The translations under genes and the position numbers were made by a program. The notes under the pieces were generated by a model, which was not told the origin of the DNA, made no database searches, and saw only the letters and a list, made by a program, of their open reading frames with translations. Shown here piece by piece: positions 1 through 10,293 of a DNA stretch of 64,000 nt (position 1 is its first letter; the number at the start of each line of letters is the position of its first letter). This DNA is from Puniceicoccaceae bacterium (GTDB lineage Bacteria; Verrucomicrobiota; Verrucomicrobiia; Opitutales; Oceanipulchritudinaceae): the NCBI GenBank assembly GCA_040830765.1, contig JBFOMH010000013.1:64001-128000 (forward strand), given 5' to 3'.

Positions 1-58
1 CATGACTTCCAGAAAATGAATGTCGCGGCGAAAGGCGAGCCTTCTCGGACCGATGGAA

Positions 59-1351
59 TCAAAGGCCGAGGAGGCGGGGCAGCCACAGGGAAACCGCCGG
101 TATATAGGTAATCGCCAGTAATCCGATGACCATGGCAATGAAGATTGGCAGAAGCGGTCGGATGACACTCCCCAGCGAAACACCGCCGACGCTGCAGCCA
201 ACGAAGAGACAGGTCCCAACAGGCGGGGTGCAGAGCCCGATACAGAGGTTGGCAATCATCAGGATTCCGAAGTGGGTCGGGTCCATTCCCATGGCCACGA
301 CAACCGGCAAAAAGATCGGCGTGAAAATCAACACTGCGGGTGTCATGTCCATGAATGTACCGACGACCAGCAGGAGAATATTGATTATGATAAGGATAAC
401 GAGCGGGTTCTCAGAGATCGTCAGGAGGGCGTTACTGACAGTCTGGGGAACACTTTCATAGGCAAGCACCCAGCTCATGGCCTGGCTGCAACCGACAAGA
501 ATCATCACAATGGAGGTTGTCTTGACGCTCTTGAGAAGAATCCGCGGAAGGTCGGCGGGCTTGATTTCCCTGTAGAGGACGACTCCGAGCAGAAGGGCAT
601 AGGCCACCGCCACGGAGGAAGCTTCCGTGGCTGAAAAGACGCCACCAAGGATACCGCCAAGAACAATGACGATAAGGAAGAGGCTGGGAATGGCACCGAG
701 GAAGGTTCGCCCAACTTCCTTCCAGTCGGCCACCTTCTCCACTGCCTGGACATCCTTGGGATTGAGGAACCAGGCAGCGATCATGATCAGCAGACCGATC
801 AGGATTCCCGGAACCACTCCGGCCATGAAGAGGGCTGCCACGCTGACGTTCCCCGAGACCACCGCGTAGACAATCATGATGTTGCTCGGCGGAATCAGAA
901 GCCCGGTGGTCGCGGAGGTAGTGGTCAGGGCGACACTGAATTCCTTCCCGTAGCCCTTGCGGGTCATTTCCGGAATCATGAATCCCCCGATGGAAGAGAC
1001 TGCCGCTGCCGCCGAGCCGGATACCGCGCCGAACATCATGCAGGTCATGGTGTTGACATAGCTGAGTCCGCCCCGGAAGCGTCCGACAACCGCATTGGCA
1101 AAATCAATCAGGCGGGTGGCCATTCCACCCTCTCCCATCAGGATGCCCGAGAGTATAAAGAACGGGATCGCCAGCAGCGGGAAGCTGGCAATGCCGGTCG
1201 AGATGCGCTGCGCCACAACATAGCCCGTCGGGACATCGCCCAGCGAGAAGATGGTCAGGACCGTCGCCAACCCGATGCAAATGGCAATAGGGACATTCAG
1301 CAGGAGCAAAACGACAAAGCTCAGGAGAAGTATGAGAATTTCCGTATCCAT
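59..1351 (-). CDS. dctM: TRAP transporter large permease (DctM family)
   Basis: 430 aa, highly hydrophobic; DctM motifs LLAIPFFILSG, FGAVSGSAAA, LIPPSNIMIVY, IGLCTPPVG. Confidence 0.95.
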   Translation of the reverse strand: MDTEILILLLSFVVLLLLNVPIAICIGLATVLTIFSLGDVPTGYVVAQRISTGIASFPLLAIPFFILSGILMGEGGMATRLIDFANAVVGRFRGGLSYVNTMTCMMFGAVSGSAAAAVSSIGGFMIPEMTRKGYGKEFSVALTTTSATTGLLIPPSNIMIVYAVVSGNVSVAALFMAGVVPGILIGLLIMIAAWFLNPKDVQAVEKVADWKEVGRTFLGAIPSLFLIVIVLGGILGGVFSATEASSVAVAYALLLGVVLYREIKPADLPRILLKSVKTTSIVMILVGCSQAMSWVLAYESVPQTVSNALLTISENPLVILIIINILLLVVGTFMDMTPAVLIFTPIFLPVVVAMGMDPTHFGILMIANLCIGLCTPPVGTCLFVGCSVGGVSLGSVIRPLLPIFIAMVIGLLAITYIPAVSLWLPRLLGL

Positions 1352-1356
1352 TTTTC

Positions 1357-1890
1357 CTATACGTCTTCTATGGGATTGTCATTTTCGGATTCAACTGCCC
1401 CTTGCTTCATCAGGCGGACCAGGTGTTCCACCGCGAAGAGCGTGAAGAACAGGCCACTGACCGGTGCCGCAAGATAGATAAAACCCATCGGCCAACCCAG
1501 TGTCGGGGAAACCTGGCCCGCGGCCAAGGTCTTCGAAACCAGCATCCAGCCACCATAAAGTAATCCAAAAACGGAGAAGAGGAGAACCATCAGCTCAACG
1601 ACAATTGAGGCCAGGAACTGCGCCTTCTTTTCCAGCTTCTGGACAAAGTAATCAACGCCCAAGTGCCCCCGCTCGCCATAAGTCAGGCTGGCTCCAAGGA
1701 GGGAAATCCAGATCAGCAGGTAAATAGCCAGCTCTTCGGTCCACCGGGTTTGTGATCCGAGGATAAACCGCGAAAACACCCCCCAGAGGACATCCAGCGT
1801 CATGGCCGCCATGGCCACGATTAGCAAAACCTCCAAGGGCTTGACGAGGAAACGCCGGAACCCGCCGCCAACAGGGCCTTCCCCGCTCAT
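1357..1890 (-). CDS. dctQ: TRAP transporter small permease (DctQ family)
   Basis: 4 TM segments, WTEELAIYLLIW and HLGVD motifs; lies between dctP and dctM. Confidence 0.93.
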   Translation of the reverse strand: MSGEGPVGGGFRRFLVKPLEVLLIVAMAAMTLDVLWGVFSRFILGSQTRWTEELAIYLLIWISLLGASLTYGERGHLGVDYFVQKLEKKAQFLASIVVELMVLLFSVFGLLYGGWMLVSKTLAAGQVSPTLGWPMGFIYLAAPVSGLFFTLFAVEHLVRLMKQGAVESENDNPIEDV

Positions 1891-2906
1891 TGGACGGCCT
1901 CCACCCGTTCAATAAGCTCATACAGGGATGTCCCCTTGAGGGCATCGTACATTGGCCGGACCTTCTCCCGGAAGGGCTCCTTCTCGGGATAATAGACGGT
2001 GACCCCGGCGGCTTCCAGTTTATCGAGCGACTCCTGGGTCTTCACCTTCCACAATTCACGCTGGAAGGTAACGGAGCGGTTGGCTGCCTCCTGCATCCAC
2101 CGCTGTTGCTGTGGAGTCAGGTCATCCCAGATCTTCTGGCTGAAAAGGACGATGTCCGGAATCCGCGAATGCTCATCAAGAGAGTAATGCTTGGCCACTT
2201 CGTAATGCCGGCTGGTGTCCACACTGGGTGGATTGTTCTCCGCTCCGTCAACCATGCCCTGCTGGAGGGCGGTGTAGAGCTCGCCGAAAGGAATTGGGGT
2301 GGGCGATCCCCCCATTGTGGAGATCATCTCGATCGATGTTTTGCTGCGCATGACCCGGATTTTCTTGTTCCTGAGGTCATCCGGATGGAGGACGGGAGAA
2401 TCGATAGTGTAGAAACTCCGGCTGCCGCTGTCGTAATAGATGAGGCCCTTCAGGCCGACGCCACTGCCCTTGGCCAGCAGTTCCTCACCGACGTCGCCAA
2501 GGAGGACATTCCAGTAATGTTCTGAGTCCCTGAACAGGTAGGGCAACCCAAAGAGGGCCATGTCCGGGATAAAGCCCTCGAGGGGTGCTGTTGAGGTCTT
2601 GACCATGGCCAAGACCCCCTTTTGCACCTGCTCGATACTGTCGGTTTCCGAACCCAGCTGGCCATTGGGAAAAATCTGCAGTTCCATCAACCCACCGGAA
2701 ACAGCATCCAGTTCCTCGGCCATGTTCTCCATCGCCAAATGAACAGGATGCGACTGGTCCAGCACATGGGCCAGCTTCAGGACAACTTTGCCGGCTGCAC
2801 CTTCCTCCTGACCACTTCCCCGTCCCAGCCAGGAAAATAGCATGACTGTCAGGATAATCCCGACTGCGAGACCGACACTAAAAAAGGAGACTGCTTTTCG
2901 ATCCAT
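1887..2906 (-). CDS. dctP: TRAP transporter substrate-binding protein (DctP family)
   Basis: FPNGQLGSE, KKIRVM, PIPFGELYTALQQGMVDGAENN motifs; start set at ATG 2906 (ORF track starts at TTG 2927). Confidence 0.93.
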   Translation of the reverse strand: MDRKAVSFFSVGLAVGIILTVMLFSWLGRGSGQEEGAAGKVVLKLAHVLDQSHPVHLAMENMAEELDAVSGGLMELQIFPNGQLGSETDSIEQVQKGVLAMVKTSTAPLEGFIPDMALFGLPYLFRDSEHYWNVLLGDVGEELLAKGSGVGLKGLIYYDSGSRSFYTIDSPVLHPDDLRNKKIRVMRSKTSIEMISTMGGSPTPIPFGELYTALQQGMVDGAENNPPSVDTSRHYEVAKHYSLDEHSRIPDIVLFSQKIWDDLTPQQQRWMQEAANRSVTFQRELWKVKTQESLDKLEAAGVTVYYPEKEPFREKVRPMYDALKGTSLYELIERVEAVQ

Positions 2907-2974
2907 AATCTTAAAACTTAAATTCAAGACACCATACTCAGGGGTTGTAAAGCTTCTTCACCGAATTTCATTAG

Positions 2975-3937
2975 CTAATTCATGAAATAGCTGTCCAATG
3001 CGGTGTCCTTGTACGCCGCATACCACTTATCCAGTAGTTCTTTCACCGGCTCCCCATCGAAGGCAATGATTCGATATCCCGCCTGATAAACGTTTCCAGG
3101 TTGAATATCGAGTGAACCGAGGATCGGTGGAGAAAAAACAAAATACGGCATTACCGGGTGGATGCGGACCGGCTGGGGATGGCGGAAATTGGATGGATGG
3201 TCCATAATCACCACACCAGCCGCTTCACCCTTGATTGGCCCATAGGCAGAGAACCAGCCTGGCCGTTCATTGTTCGCCTCCTCGAGATTGGTTGTTCCCA
3301 AACCGGTCAGGATGCGCATCGGGGACTCGTATGCCGGGTCACCATCGCTGTTCCAGGTCGCGCTTCCCCGAAAGGCGAATCCCCCGTAGTGAAACTCCCG
3401 CACATGAACAGGCTCATCCGTCGCTGTCTTCTGGCGCAGGGCAATGTCGATGATGTAAACCCCGTCTCCCTCCTCCACATGCACATCCCATGTCTCCAGG
3501 ATGGCCGGTCCAAACTCGCGACTGACCATCTGGCGAGTTACCCTGAAGCTGTGCTCCTTAACCTTGTCTACCGAGACGGCCTCATTGTAGCCCGTCAATC
3601 GGTGCTTGTTCCAAAAGTCGACGCGCTCTCCATGGAAGGTGGTACGGGTCCATGCGGAAAAGATTCCGTGTTGATGGGCATGGCCAACGGGAAAGGGATC
3701 CGTGAGGATGCGGCCGGAAGGGGACCACAGGGGATGGATAAATCCACTACCCGCATAATAAGCCTCCATCCCCTCCGGAGGCGGAATTTTCTTAAGCTGG
3801 AAATTCAGCACTGGCTGCCCACTGGCCGAGACATGAATTCCGTCTTCATTCTGCTCGATCGTCACCTCGCCAAAAAGAACCGCGGGAAGAATAGAGAAGA
3901 GGAAGCAGCATGCCTTTGCGAATGTGGGGAATTTCAT
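2975..3937 (-). CDS. Secreted DUF6807/'PmoA-family' protein (not a methane monooxygenase)
   Basis: Signal peptide; GFIHPLWSPSG, HAHQHGI, HYGGFAFRG, MDHPSNFRHP motifs typical of the family found in sugar-catabolic loci. Confidence 0.75.
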   Translation of the reverse strand: MKFPTFAKACCFLFSILPAVLFGEVTIEQNEDGIHVSASGQPVLNFQLKKIPPPEGMEAYYAGSGFIHPLWSPSGRILTDPFPVGHAHQHGIFSAWTRTTFHGERVDFWNKHRLTGYNEAVSVDKVKEHSFRVTRQMVSREFGPAILETWDVHVEEGDGVYIIDIALRQKTATDEPVHVREFHYGGFAFRGSATWNSDGDPAYESPMRILTGLGTTNLEEANNERPGWFSAYGPIKGEAAGVVIMDHPSNFRHPQPVRIHPVMPYFVFSPPILGSLDIQPGNVYQAGYRIIAFDGEPVKELLDKWYAAYKDTALDSYFMN

Positions 3938-4080
3938 GATTCAAGCCTACAGTCCCTTTCTCCGATGCCGAGGAATTTTTTCCATGGGTGGAGATCACCG
4001 GGCATGATGATTGACATTCGCATGCCGTTGGCTACCGAATAGGGCTCTCTTGCCCCGCATAAGGGAATGCTTCCTGAACC

Positions 4081-5568
4081 ATGAAACCACCCCTTCCCAA
4101 CCTTTCCCGTCGTTCCTTTATCAAAGGTGCCTCCCTGACCGCGTGTGGCATCGCCACATCCGGTTGCAGTGGCCTCTTTGGCAAATCAGAAGTCCGCTTC
4201 GCGGTGGTTGGCATGCGCATTCGCGGGATGCAATTGATTCGTCAATTCCTCTCCCAAGGCAAGGATGAGTCAGAACCATGGGACATACCACCTGTCCGCC
4301 TGGTGGCGATCTGTGATGTGGATTCTGAGATCCTTGCTCAAAGGGCGAGGGAAATTGAGGAAATAACGACTGAAAAGGTCGAGACTTACGACGACTACCA
4401 GGTACTGCTGCAGCAGAAACACATCGATGCCGTGGTCATTGCCACCCCGAACCACTGGCACGCGCTGCAGACGATCTGGGCCTGTGAGGCCGGCAAGGAT
4501 GTCTATGTCGAGAAGCCGGTCTGTCACTCCGTATGGGAAGGGCGGCAGATGGTGATTGCGGCACGGCGCCACAAGCGGATAGTCCAGTCCGGAACCCAAA
4601 ACCGTTCTGACCTAGGCCTGCTCGCGGCTTTCCCTCGCCTTCTGGCCGGGGACCTCGGGCCCATCCGCCATGTCCATGGCCTCTGTTTCAGGGACCGGAA
4701 AAGTATCGGCAAACAGGAAGCACCGCTCACGCCACCTCCATCGGTCAACTATGATCAGTGGCTTGGTCCGGCTGAGGACCTCCCGATGTACCGTCCCAGG
4801 TTTCATTACGACTGGCACTGGTTCTGGAACACGGGCAACGGTGACATTGGCAACCAGGGTCCGCACGAAATGGACTTGATCCGATGGGTCCTGGGGGATC
4901 CCGACCATCCGCAGGAAGTCTTTTCTTTCGGCGGCCGGTTTGCATGGGATGATGCCGGCGAGACTCCGAACATGCAGGTGGCCAGTTTTAAAATGAACAA
5001 CATCCCGGTCACTTTCGAGGTCAGGAACCTGACCGTGGATGCGGAAACAAACGCCGCCCCAAGCTACAAAGGTACCCGGGTCGGCGTAGTCGTGACTTGT
5101 GAAGGCGGCCAGTTCCGGGGTGGCCGCGGCGGTGGATTCTTCTACGACAACGATGGCAAGCGGATGCAGGCTTTTCCAGGTGATGGTGGCGGCGATCATA
5201 TGGCCGGCTTTTTCCGTGCCGTTGCCTCGAGACGGCGGAGCGAACTCAAGAGCCCCGTGCGGGAAGGGTACATGTCAAGTTGCCTCGGCCACTTGGGGAA
5301 CATTTCCTATCGTCTGGGAGAAACCGTGGGAGATGACACATTGCGCTCCAGCATCGCCGATGATCCATGGCTCTCGGCAGCACATGAGCGCCATTTGGAA
5401 CAACTCAAGGCATGGAACCTTGATCCGTCCCAGCTTCAGTGGACCCATGGCCAGGCCCTCCAGTTTGATGCAGCATCCGAACAATTCCATGGCGAAGCTG
5501 CGAATCGGGCCAATCCCCTCCTTCGCCGTGAAGGACGCGCTCCCTACACGATACCATCATACGTATAA
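4081..5568 (+). CDS. Tat-exported Gfo/Idh/MocA family oxidoreductase
   Basis: SRRSFIK twin-arginine signal; ATPNHWH, DVYVEKP, GTQNRS, NQGPHEMD motifs. Confidence 0.92.
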   Translation: MKPPLPNLSRRSFIKGASLTACGIATSGCSGLFGKSEVRFAVVGMRIRGMQLIRQFLSQGKDESEPWDIPPVRLVAICDVDSEILAQRAREIEEITTEKVETYDDYQVLLQQKHIDAVVIATPNHWHALQTIWACEAGKDVYVEKPVCHSVWEGRQMVIAARRHKRIVQSGTQNRSDLGLLAAFPRLLAGDLGPIRHVHGLCFRDRKSIGKQEAPLTPPPSVNYDQWLGPAEDLPMYRPRFHYDWHWFWNTGNGDIGNQGPHEMDLIRWVLGDPDHPQEVFSFGGRFAWDDAGETPNMQVASFKMNNIPVTFEVRNLTVDAETNAAPSYKGTRVGVVVTCEGGQFRGGRGGGFFYDNDGKRMQAFPGDGGGDHMAGFFRAVASRRRSELKSPVREGYMSSCLGHLGNISYRLGETVGDDTLRSSIADDPWLSAAHERHLEQLKAWNLDPSQLQWTHGQALQFDAASEQFHGEAANRANPLLRREGRAPYTIPSYV

Positions 5569-5601
5569 GTAGCGAATTTCGACTACAATAATTTTTCGAC
5601 C

Positions 5602-7095
5602 ATGAAACTATTAACCGGGCTCATTATCTGGTTTGTCGCTTCCACGGCAATGGCGACTGACCGGCCGAACGTTCTATTCATCATGACGGATGACCTGAAC
5701 TGCAACATAGGAGCATACGGTCACCCCCTTGTCCGGACCCCTCACATCGACCGGCTCGCCGAGGAGGGTTTGCTCTTCGAGAATGCCTTTTGCAACTTCC
5801 CTCTTTGCGGTCCATCCCGGGCAAGTTTCATGACTGGTCTTTATCCCGATCAGAATGGGGTCACCCGCCTGAGGAGGATGTTCCGCCGCTATGTTCCGGA
5901 TGCAGTCACCCTGAGCCAGCATTTCATGAATAACGGCTACGCGGTTGCGCGCGTGGGCAAGATTTACCATTACGACAATCCGGGTGGAATCGGTACCAAT
6001 GGCCACGATGATCCATTGTCTTGGGAGGAAAGGATTAATCCCAGGGGACGGGACAAGGAGGAACAGCATCTCATAGAAGTCATCCGTGGTATAAGTACGG
6101 ACAAAATTGGCGGGACTCTCAGTTGGATGGCCGCTGGCGGGGATGACCTTGAGCAGACGGATGGAATGGTGGCGACAGAGAGCATCGCATTGATGAGGGA
6201 ATATACAGCCCAGGGCAGGCCCTTCTTTCTGGCGGTGGGCTTTTATAAGCCCCATACGCCTTTTGTCGCTCCAAGGAAGTATTTCGACTTATATGATCCG
6301 GAGGAAATTGAGATACCACGGGTCCCGGACGGCTACTTTAATACCCTGCCCGCGCCGGCGGTCAAAACCCTGACCGTCAAAAAGGCCCAGCTCGACCTGC
6401 CTGAAGCGACACAGCGGGAGGTAATCCATGCCTATTACGCCACCATCAGCTTCCTTGATGCCCAGGTTGGACGGTTGATAACAGCGCTGGAGGAGTTGGA
6501 ATTGAAAGATCACACCATCGTCCTCTTCAGTTCAGACCACGGGTACCACATGGGTGAGCACGACCACTTCCAAAAGCAAACCCTCTTTGAGGACGCGGAC
6601 AGGGTGCCGTTGATCCTGTCTGTTCCAGGTATGGCAAGTGCAGGAAAAAGGACCCCTGCCATTGTTGAGATGATCGATTTCTACCGCACCCTCACTGAAC
6701 TAGCTGGTCTCGAGCAGCCACCGTCGTACATCCAGGGCAAAAGCATGGTTTCTGTCCTCAATGATCCTGAAAAGCAGACGCGAGAATCCGCCCTGACCCA
6801 GCACTATGAGGGCTACACGATCCGTACGAAGCGCTACCGCTATACCTACTGGCCGGATGCCAATGGATTGAATGCGGAGTTGTACGACCGCCTCAACGAT
6901 CCGGCGGAAATGGTCAATCTTGCCGGTCATGCCAACTATGAAGACGTGCAAATGCAATTGCATGCACTTTGGAAGCAACGGGTCGAAGAGGCTAAGGCCA
7001 TCCCGGACGGACTCGAATTCATTCCTCCGGGGCCCGAGGACAATGGAATCGGATCTGCTGAGGCCTTGAGGCTGTTCAAGGAAGGGAAATTATAA
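5602..7095 (+). CDS. Secreted sulfatase (iduronate/choline-sulfatase-like, S1 family)
   Basis: Signal peptide; PNVLFIMTDD, CGPSRAS (CxPxR), GKIYH, SDHG motifs. Confidence 0.95.
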   Translation: MKLLTGLIIWFVASTAMATDRPNVLFIMTDDLNCNIGAYGHPLVRTPHIDRLAEEGLLFENAFCNFPLCGPSRASFMTGLYPDQNGVTRLRRMFRRYVPDAVTLSQHFMNNGYAVARVGKIYHYDNPGGIGTNGHDDPLSWEERINPRGRDKEEQHLIEVIRGISTDKIGGTLSWMAAGGDDLEQTDGMVATESIALMREYTAQGRPFFLAVGFYKPHTPFVAPRKYFDLYDPEEIEIPRVPDGYFNTLPAPAVKTLTVKKAQLDLPEATQREVIHAYYATISFLDAQVGRLITALEELELKDHTIVLFSSDHGYHMGEHDHFQKQTLFEDADRVPLILSVPGMASAGKRTPAIVEMIDFYRTLTELAGLEQPPSYIQGKSMVSVLNDPEKQTRESALTQHYEGYTIRTKRYRYTYWPDANGLNAELYDRLNDPAEMVNLAGHANYEDVQMQLHALWKQRVEEAKAIPDGLEFIPPGPEDNGIGSAEALRLFKEGKL

Positions 7096-10000
7096 TTGCC
7101 CCAACAGGAAGTTGCTCGCCCGGGTATCGTAGTTCCCGTCTGATTCACTGATCGATTCAAGAACCTCCTTAAACGAAAGGATGTAATCGGTGTCCATAAA
7201 GCTGAGGACATTCAGGGCATGCACGCGGACCATTTCCTCATTGTGCTGCAGGGCCGCTTCCATTGCGGCACGGATTTTCTCTTCATCACCACGGCGGTAA
7301 AGGGCTTCGGCTGCGGCAATGCGGACGTCCGGTGAGGTGTCCTCTAGAAGTCGGTGAAGCAGCTTCCTCGTCTCAGCACAATCCTGCTCCAACCGGGCAA
7401 AGGCGGTCGCGGCCCAGTAGCGGACGCCGCTGTCACGGTGGCAGGAGAGTTCCATTAACTTGGGCAGGTCGTCAACGGAAGCAGCAGAGGCGAAGTTGGC
7501 GGCCTCAACCAGATCCTTGACGGGATACTCTTCCGAGCGCACGTAATCATAGCCATTTGTATTGGCATTGCGAATACGAATATTCAACTCACCTTCTGGG
7601 AGCAGGCCACTGTCCCGGGTATCCAAAACCCATCCATTGAGAGCACTTTTCATTCCCTCCAGGACATCGGCGTACCGGGGATCTTCGGCGAGGTTCCTGA
7701 CATTGTGGGGATCATTCAGACAATCATAAAGCTCCTCGGAGGGTTTTTGCGGATTGAAGAACACGGATTGCTCCGGGGCCAGGTTGCCCTCCAGGTAAGC
7801 CTTCTCCCAGGCACGGGTGGTTGGTGCCCTCCACAAATACTCGATGTACTGTCCATAGGGCCGGTGCGGCATCCAGTTACGGGTGTAGCGGTAGCGGTCA
7901 TCGCGAATGGTTCGTGAGCGGTCGATGCGCTCATCCATCCGACCCCTCAGGCTGTAAGCATACTGGCGAGGTGAATCGACGAAATTGCCGAGAAAGGCCA
8001 GCCCCTGCATATGGTTTGGCGGTTCGATCCCGGCCAGGCCAAGGACCGTTGGTGGAAGATCGGCAAAGGTAACAATTCTTCCGGATTGGCTGCCCGGTTG
8101 ATCCGGGGCGAGCTGGCTCCACTTCTCCGGGACGTGGACAATCAAGGGCACATGCAAGCCTGAATCAAAAAGGAATCGCTTGCTCCTCGCGAGAGCTCCT
8201 CCGTGGTCGCTGTAATAAAAGACAATTGTATCATCCTCCAGTCCATCGGCCTTGAGTGTTTCCAGGAAATTGCCGATCTGCTGGTCGAGTTCAGTCACCC
8301 GATCGTAGTAAACCGCCCAGTCCTGACGCACCTCCGGCAAATCAGGATGGTAAGGTGGGACCGGTGCCACCTGTGGGTCATGAAGAACCGGTTCGGTTCC
8401 CCGATGCAGGCTGCTTTCGTGACTGACCGTGAAATTCTGCACGTGAAAAAACGGCTGACCGGGGCGGCGGTTACGCCATGAGGCCGTCTTACTGCTTTCG
8501 TCCCAGGATCCTTCCGGTTTTATGGTGTTATAGTCTTCCTTGGAATTGTTGCTGCAGTAGTAACCGGCTTCCCGGAGATAACCGGAAAGGAAGCGGACGT
8601 TCTCCGGAATGGCATTCTTGCTCCGCATTCCTTCCGTACCGGCAGTATTCGGGTAGAGCCCGGTGGCCAGGGTGAAGCGCGCGGGCGCACAGACCGGCGC
8701 CGTGGCAAAGGCGTGGGTATAACGAATTCCCTGTGCGGCCAGGGCATCCAAATTCGGCGTCACGGCATAGGCATCACCATAGCATCCCAGCAGTGGACTA
8801 TTATCCTCGCTGACCAACCAAAGGATGTTAGGCCGATCCCGCGAATGAGACACTTGCTCCTGTCTTTGGCGGACCAGATATTCCGGCCAGGTTGTTGAGG
8901 AAGCTGGAGCCCAAAGTCGGTTGGTTTCCGGTAACCGTTTCTTCAGGCTGGCCTTTGCATCCATGTAAGTGGCTTTAGCAGCGACATTGGTGTAGGCATG
9001 CGGATCCGCCTTGCGGTCATACAGTTCCTCCGACCCATCCTCCCATTGTATATAATGCAAATCCTTGCTGATAACAGCATGGTTGTTGCGGCCGTAGGTA
9101 ACCAAGGCAGTAGCATCCTCAGGCAGCGGTTCCCCGCGCAGTACCGGAACAAGGCTTTCTCCTTCATTCCGCGGGTTTGGTTCGAGCCCCGCCAACTCCA
9201 CCAGGGTCGGATAGAGGTCCAGCAGCTCCACCGGTCCGGAAACAACTTGGCCAGCCTCAATACCAGGGCCGTTAAAAATCAAGGGTACCCGGGTCCCCTC
9301 TTCCCAGAGGCAATGTTTGGCAAAGGTCCCCTTTTCGCCAAGGCGGTAGCCATGATCTGAAAGAAGAATGACAATCGTATTATCAGCATTCGGACCATCC
9401 TCAAGAGCTTCAAGGATCTCGCCGACGTAGTGATCAACGAAGGTGACACAGGCCAGATAAGCCTCGATGATGTTCTGCCACTCGTTGTTCTCGATGGCCC
9501 ATTCCGTTGTCGGCATCATCGGCAGATCATCAATCCGGGATACGATGTCAGGGATGTCGTCGAAATCGTCGGAGCGGTAGGGAGGCGTGACGACGTCACC
9601 GGTTTCATAGAGGTCGAACCACTTTTGCGGGACATACCATGGGACATGGGGCCTCAGGAATCCAACACCAAGGAAGAAGGGCTGGTCATAGTAGCGGCCC
9701 AAACGCTCGATGGTCCACTGGGCCGACTCATAATCCGGCATTTCTTCATCGGTATCCGGAAACGCGCCCCAGTCGGTGCTGGTGCCCTCCCCTTTCCATT
9801 TGAAATATGTCCCATCGGCAGGCTTGGGACCGAAACCCGGTTCCCTCCCGCCGGATTCGTCCAGCAAACCATCCGGTGCATGCTGGTGAAACAACTTGCC
9901 AATGCCCATGGTGTGATAGCCGCGCTCCTTGAAATACTCCGGGAGAAACGCAATCCCCTCCATTGCTTCACTGGAGGTGCGGATGGCGTTGTCCTCGATG

Positions 10001-10281
10001 TGCCCGTAGACGCCCGTTGTGGATGGCCGCAGCCCGGTCATCAACGATGTCCGGGAGGGCCCGCAAATGGGAGCCTGGCAGTGGGCATCCTCAAACAAAA
10101 CACCCTCCGCTGCCAGCCGGTCCATATGGGGCGTGAGGGCGTTGGGATGACCAAGACTGCCCACGTAGGCATTCAGGTCATCCACCATGATCAGGAGGAT
10201 GTTCGGCGGCTGTTCCGCCCAGGCAAGGGGCGTCAGGGCCAGCGATAGGAGGAGGGGGACAATACTAAGCCGTTTGCGCAT
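7090..10281 (-). CDS. Tandem double-sulfatase fusion protein with C-terminal HEAT-like repeats
   Basis: Two full S1 sulfatase domains (PPNILLIMVDD...CGPSRTS...SDHG and RPNILWLVSED...CAPARFT...SDHG); C-terminal 'DSGVRYWAA', 'SPDVRIAAAEAL', 'EMVRVHAL' HEAT-like units. Confidence 0.92.
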   Translation of the reverse strand: MRKRLSIVPLLLSLALTPLAWAEQPPNILLIMVDDLNAYVGSLGHPNALTPHMDRLAAEGVLFEDAHCQAPICGPSRTSLMTGLRPSTTGVYGHIEDNAIRTSSEAMEGIAFLPEYFKERGYHTMGIGKLFHQHAPDGLLDESGGREPGFGPKPADGTYFKWKGEGTSTDWGAFPDTDEEMPDYESAQWTIERLGRYYDQPFFLGVGFLRPHVPWYVPQKWFDLYETGDVVTPPYRSDDFDDIPDIVSRIDDLPMMPTTEWAIENNEWQNIIEAYLACVTFVDHYVGEILEALEDGPNADNTIVILLSDHGYRLGEKGTFAKHCLWEEGTRVPLIFNGPGIEAGQVVSGPVELLDLYPTLVELAGLEPNPRNEGESLVPVLRGEPLPEDATALVTYGRNNHAVISKDLHYIQWEDGSEELYDRKADPHAYTNVAAKATYMDAKASLKKRLPETNRLWAPASSTTWPEYLVRQRQEQVSHSRDRPNILWLVSEDNSPLLGCYGDAYAVTPNLDALAAQGIRYTHAFATAPVCAPARFTLATGLYPNTAGTEGMRSKNAIPENVRFLSGYLREAGYYCSNNSKEDYNTIKPEGSWDESSKTASWRNRRPGQPFFHVQNFTVSHESSLHRGTEPVLHDPQVAPVPPYHPDLPEVRQDWAVYYDRVTELDQQIGNFLETLKADGLEDDTIVFYYSDHGGALARSKRFLFDSGLHVPLIVHVPEKWSQLAPDQPGSQSGRIVTFADLPPTVLGLAGIEPPNHMQGLAFLGNFVDSPRQYAYSLRGRMDERIDRSRTIRDDRYRYTRNWMPHRPYGQYIEYLWRAPTTRAWEKAYLEGNLAPEQSVFFNPQKPSEELYDCLNDPHNVRNLAEDPRYADVLEGMKSALNGWVLDTRDSGLLPEGELNIRIRNANTNGYDYVRSEEYPVKDLVEAANFASAASVDDLPKLMELSCHRDSGVRYWAATAFARLEQDCAETRKLLHRLLEDTSPDVRIAAAEALYRRGDEEKIRAAMEAALQHNEEMVRVHALNVLSFMDTDYILSFKEVLESISESDGNYDTRASNFLLGQL

Positions 10282-10293
10282 GGTCAGCCTGAA

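Noticed and set aside
2975..3937. Particulate methane monooxygenase
   Set aside because: Soluble secreted protein of the misleadingly named 'PmoA family'; no TM helices and no pmoB/C.
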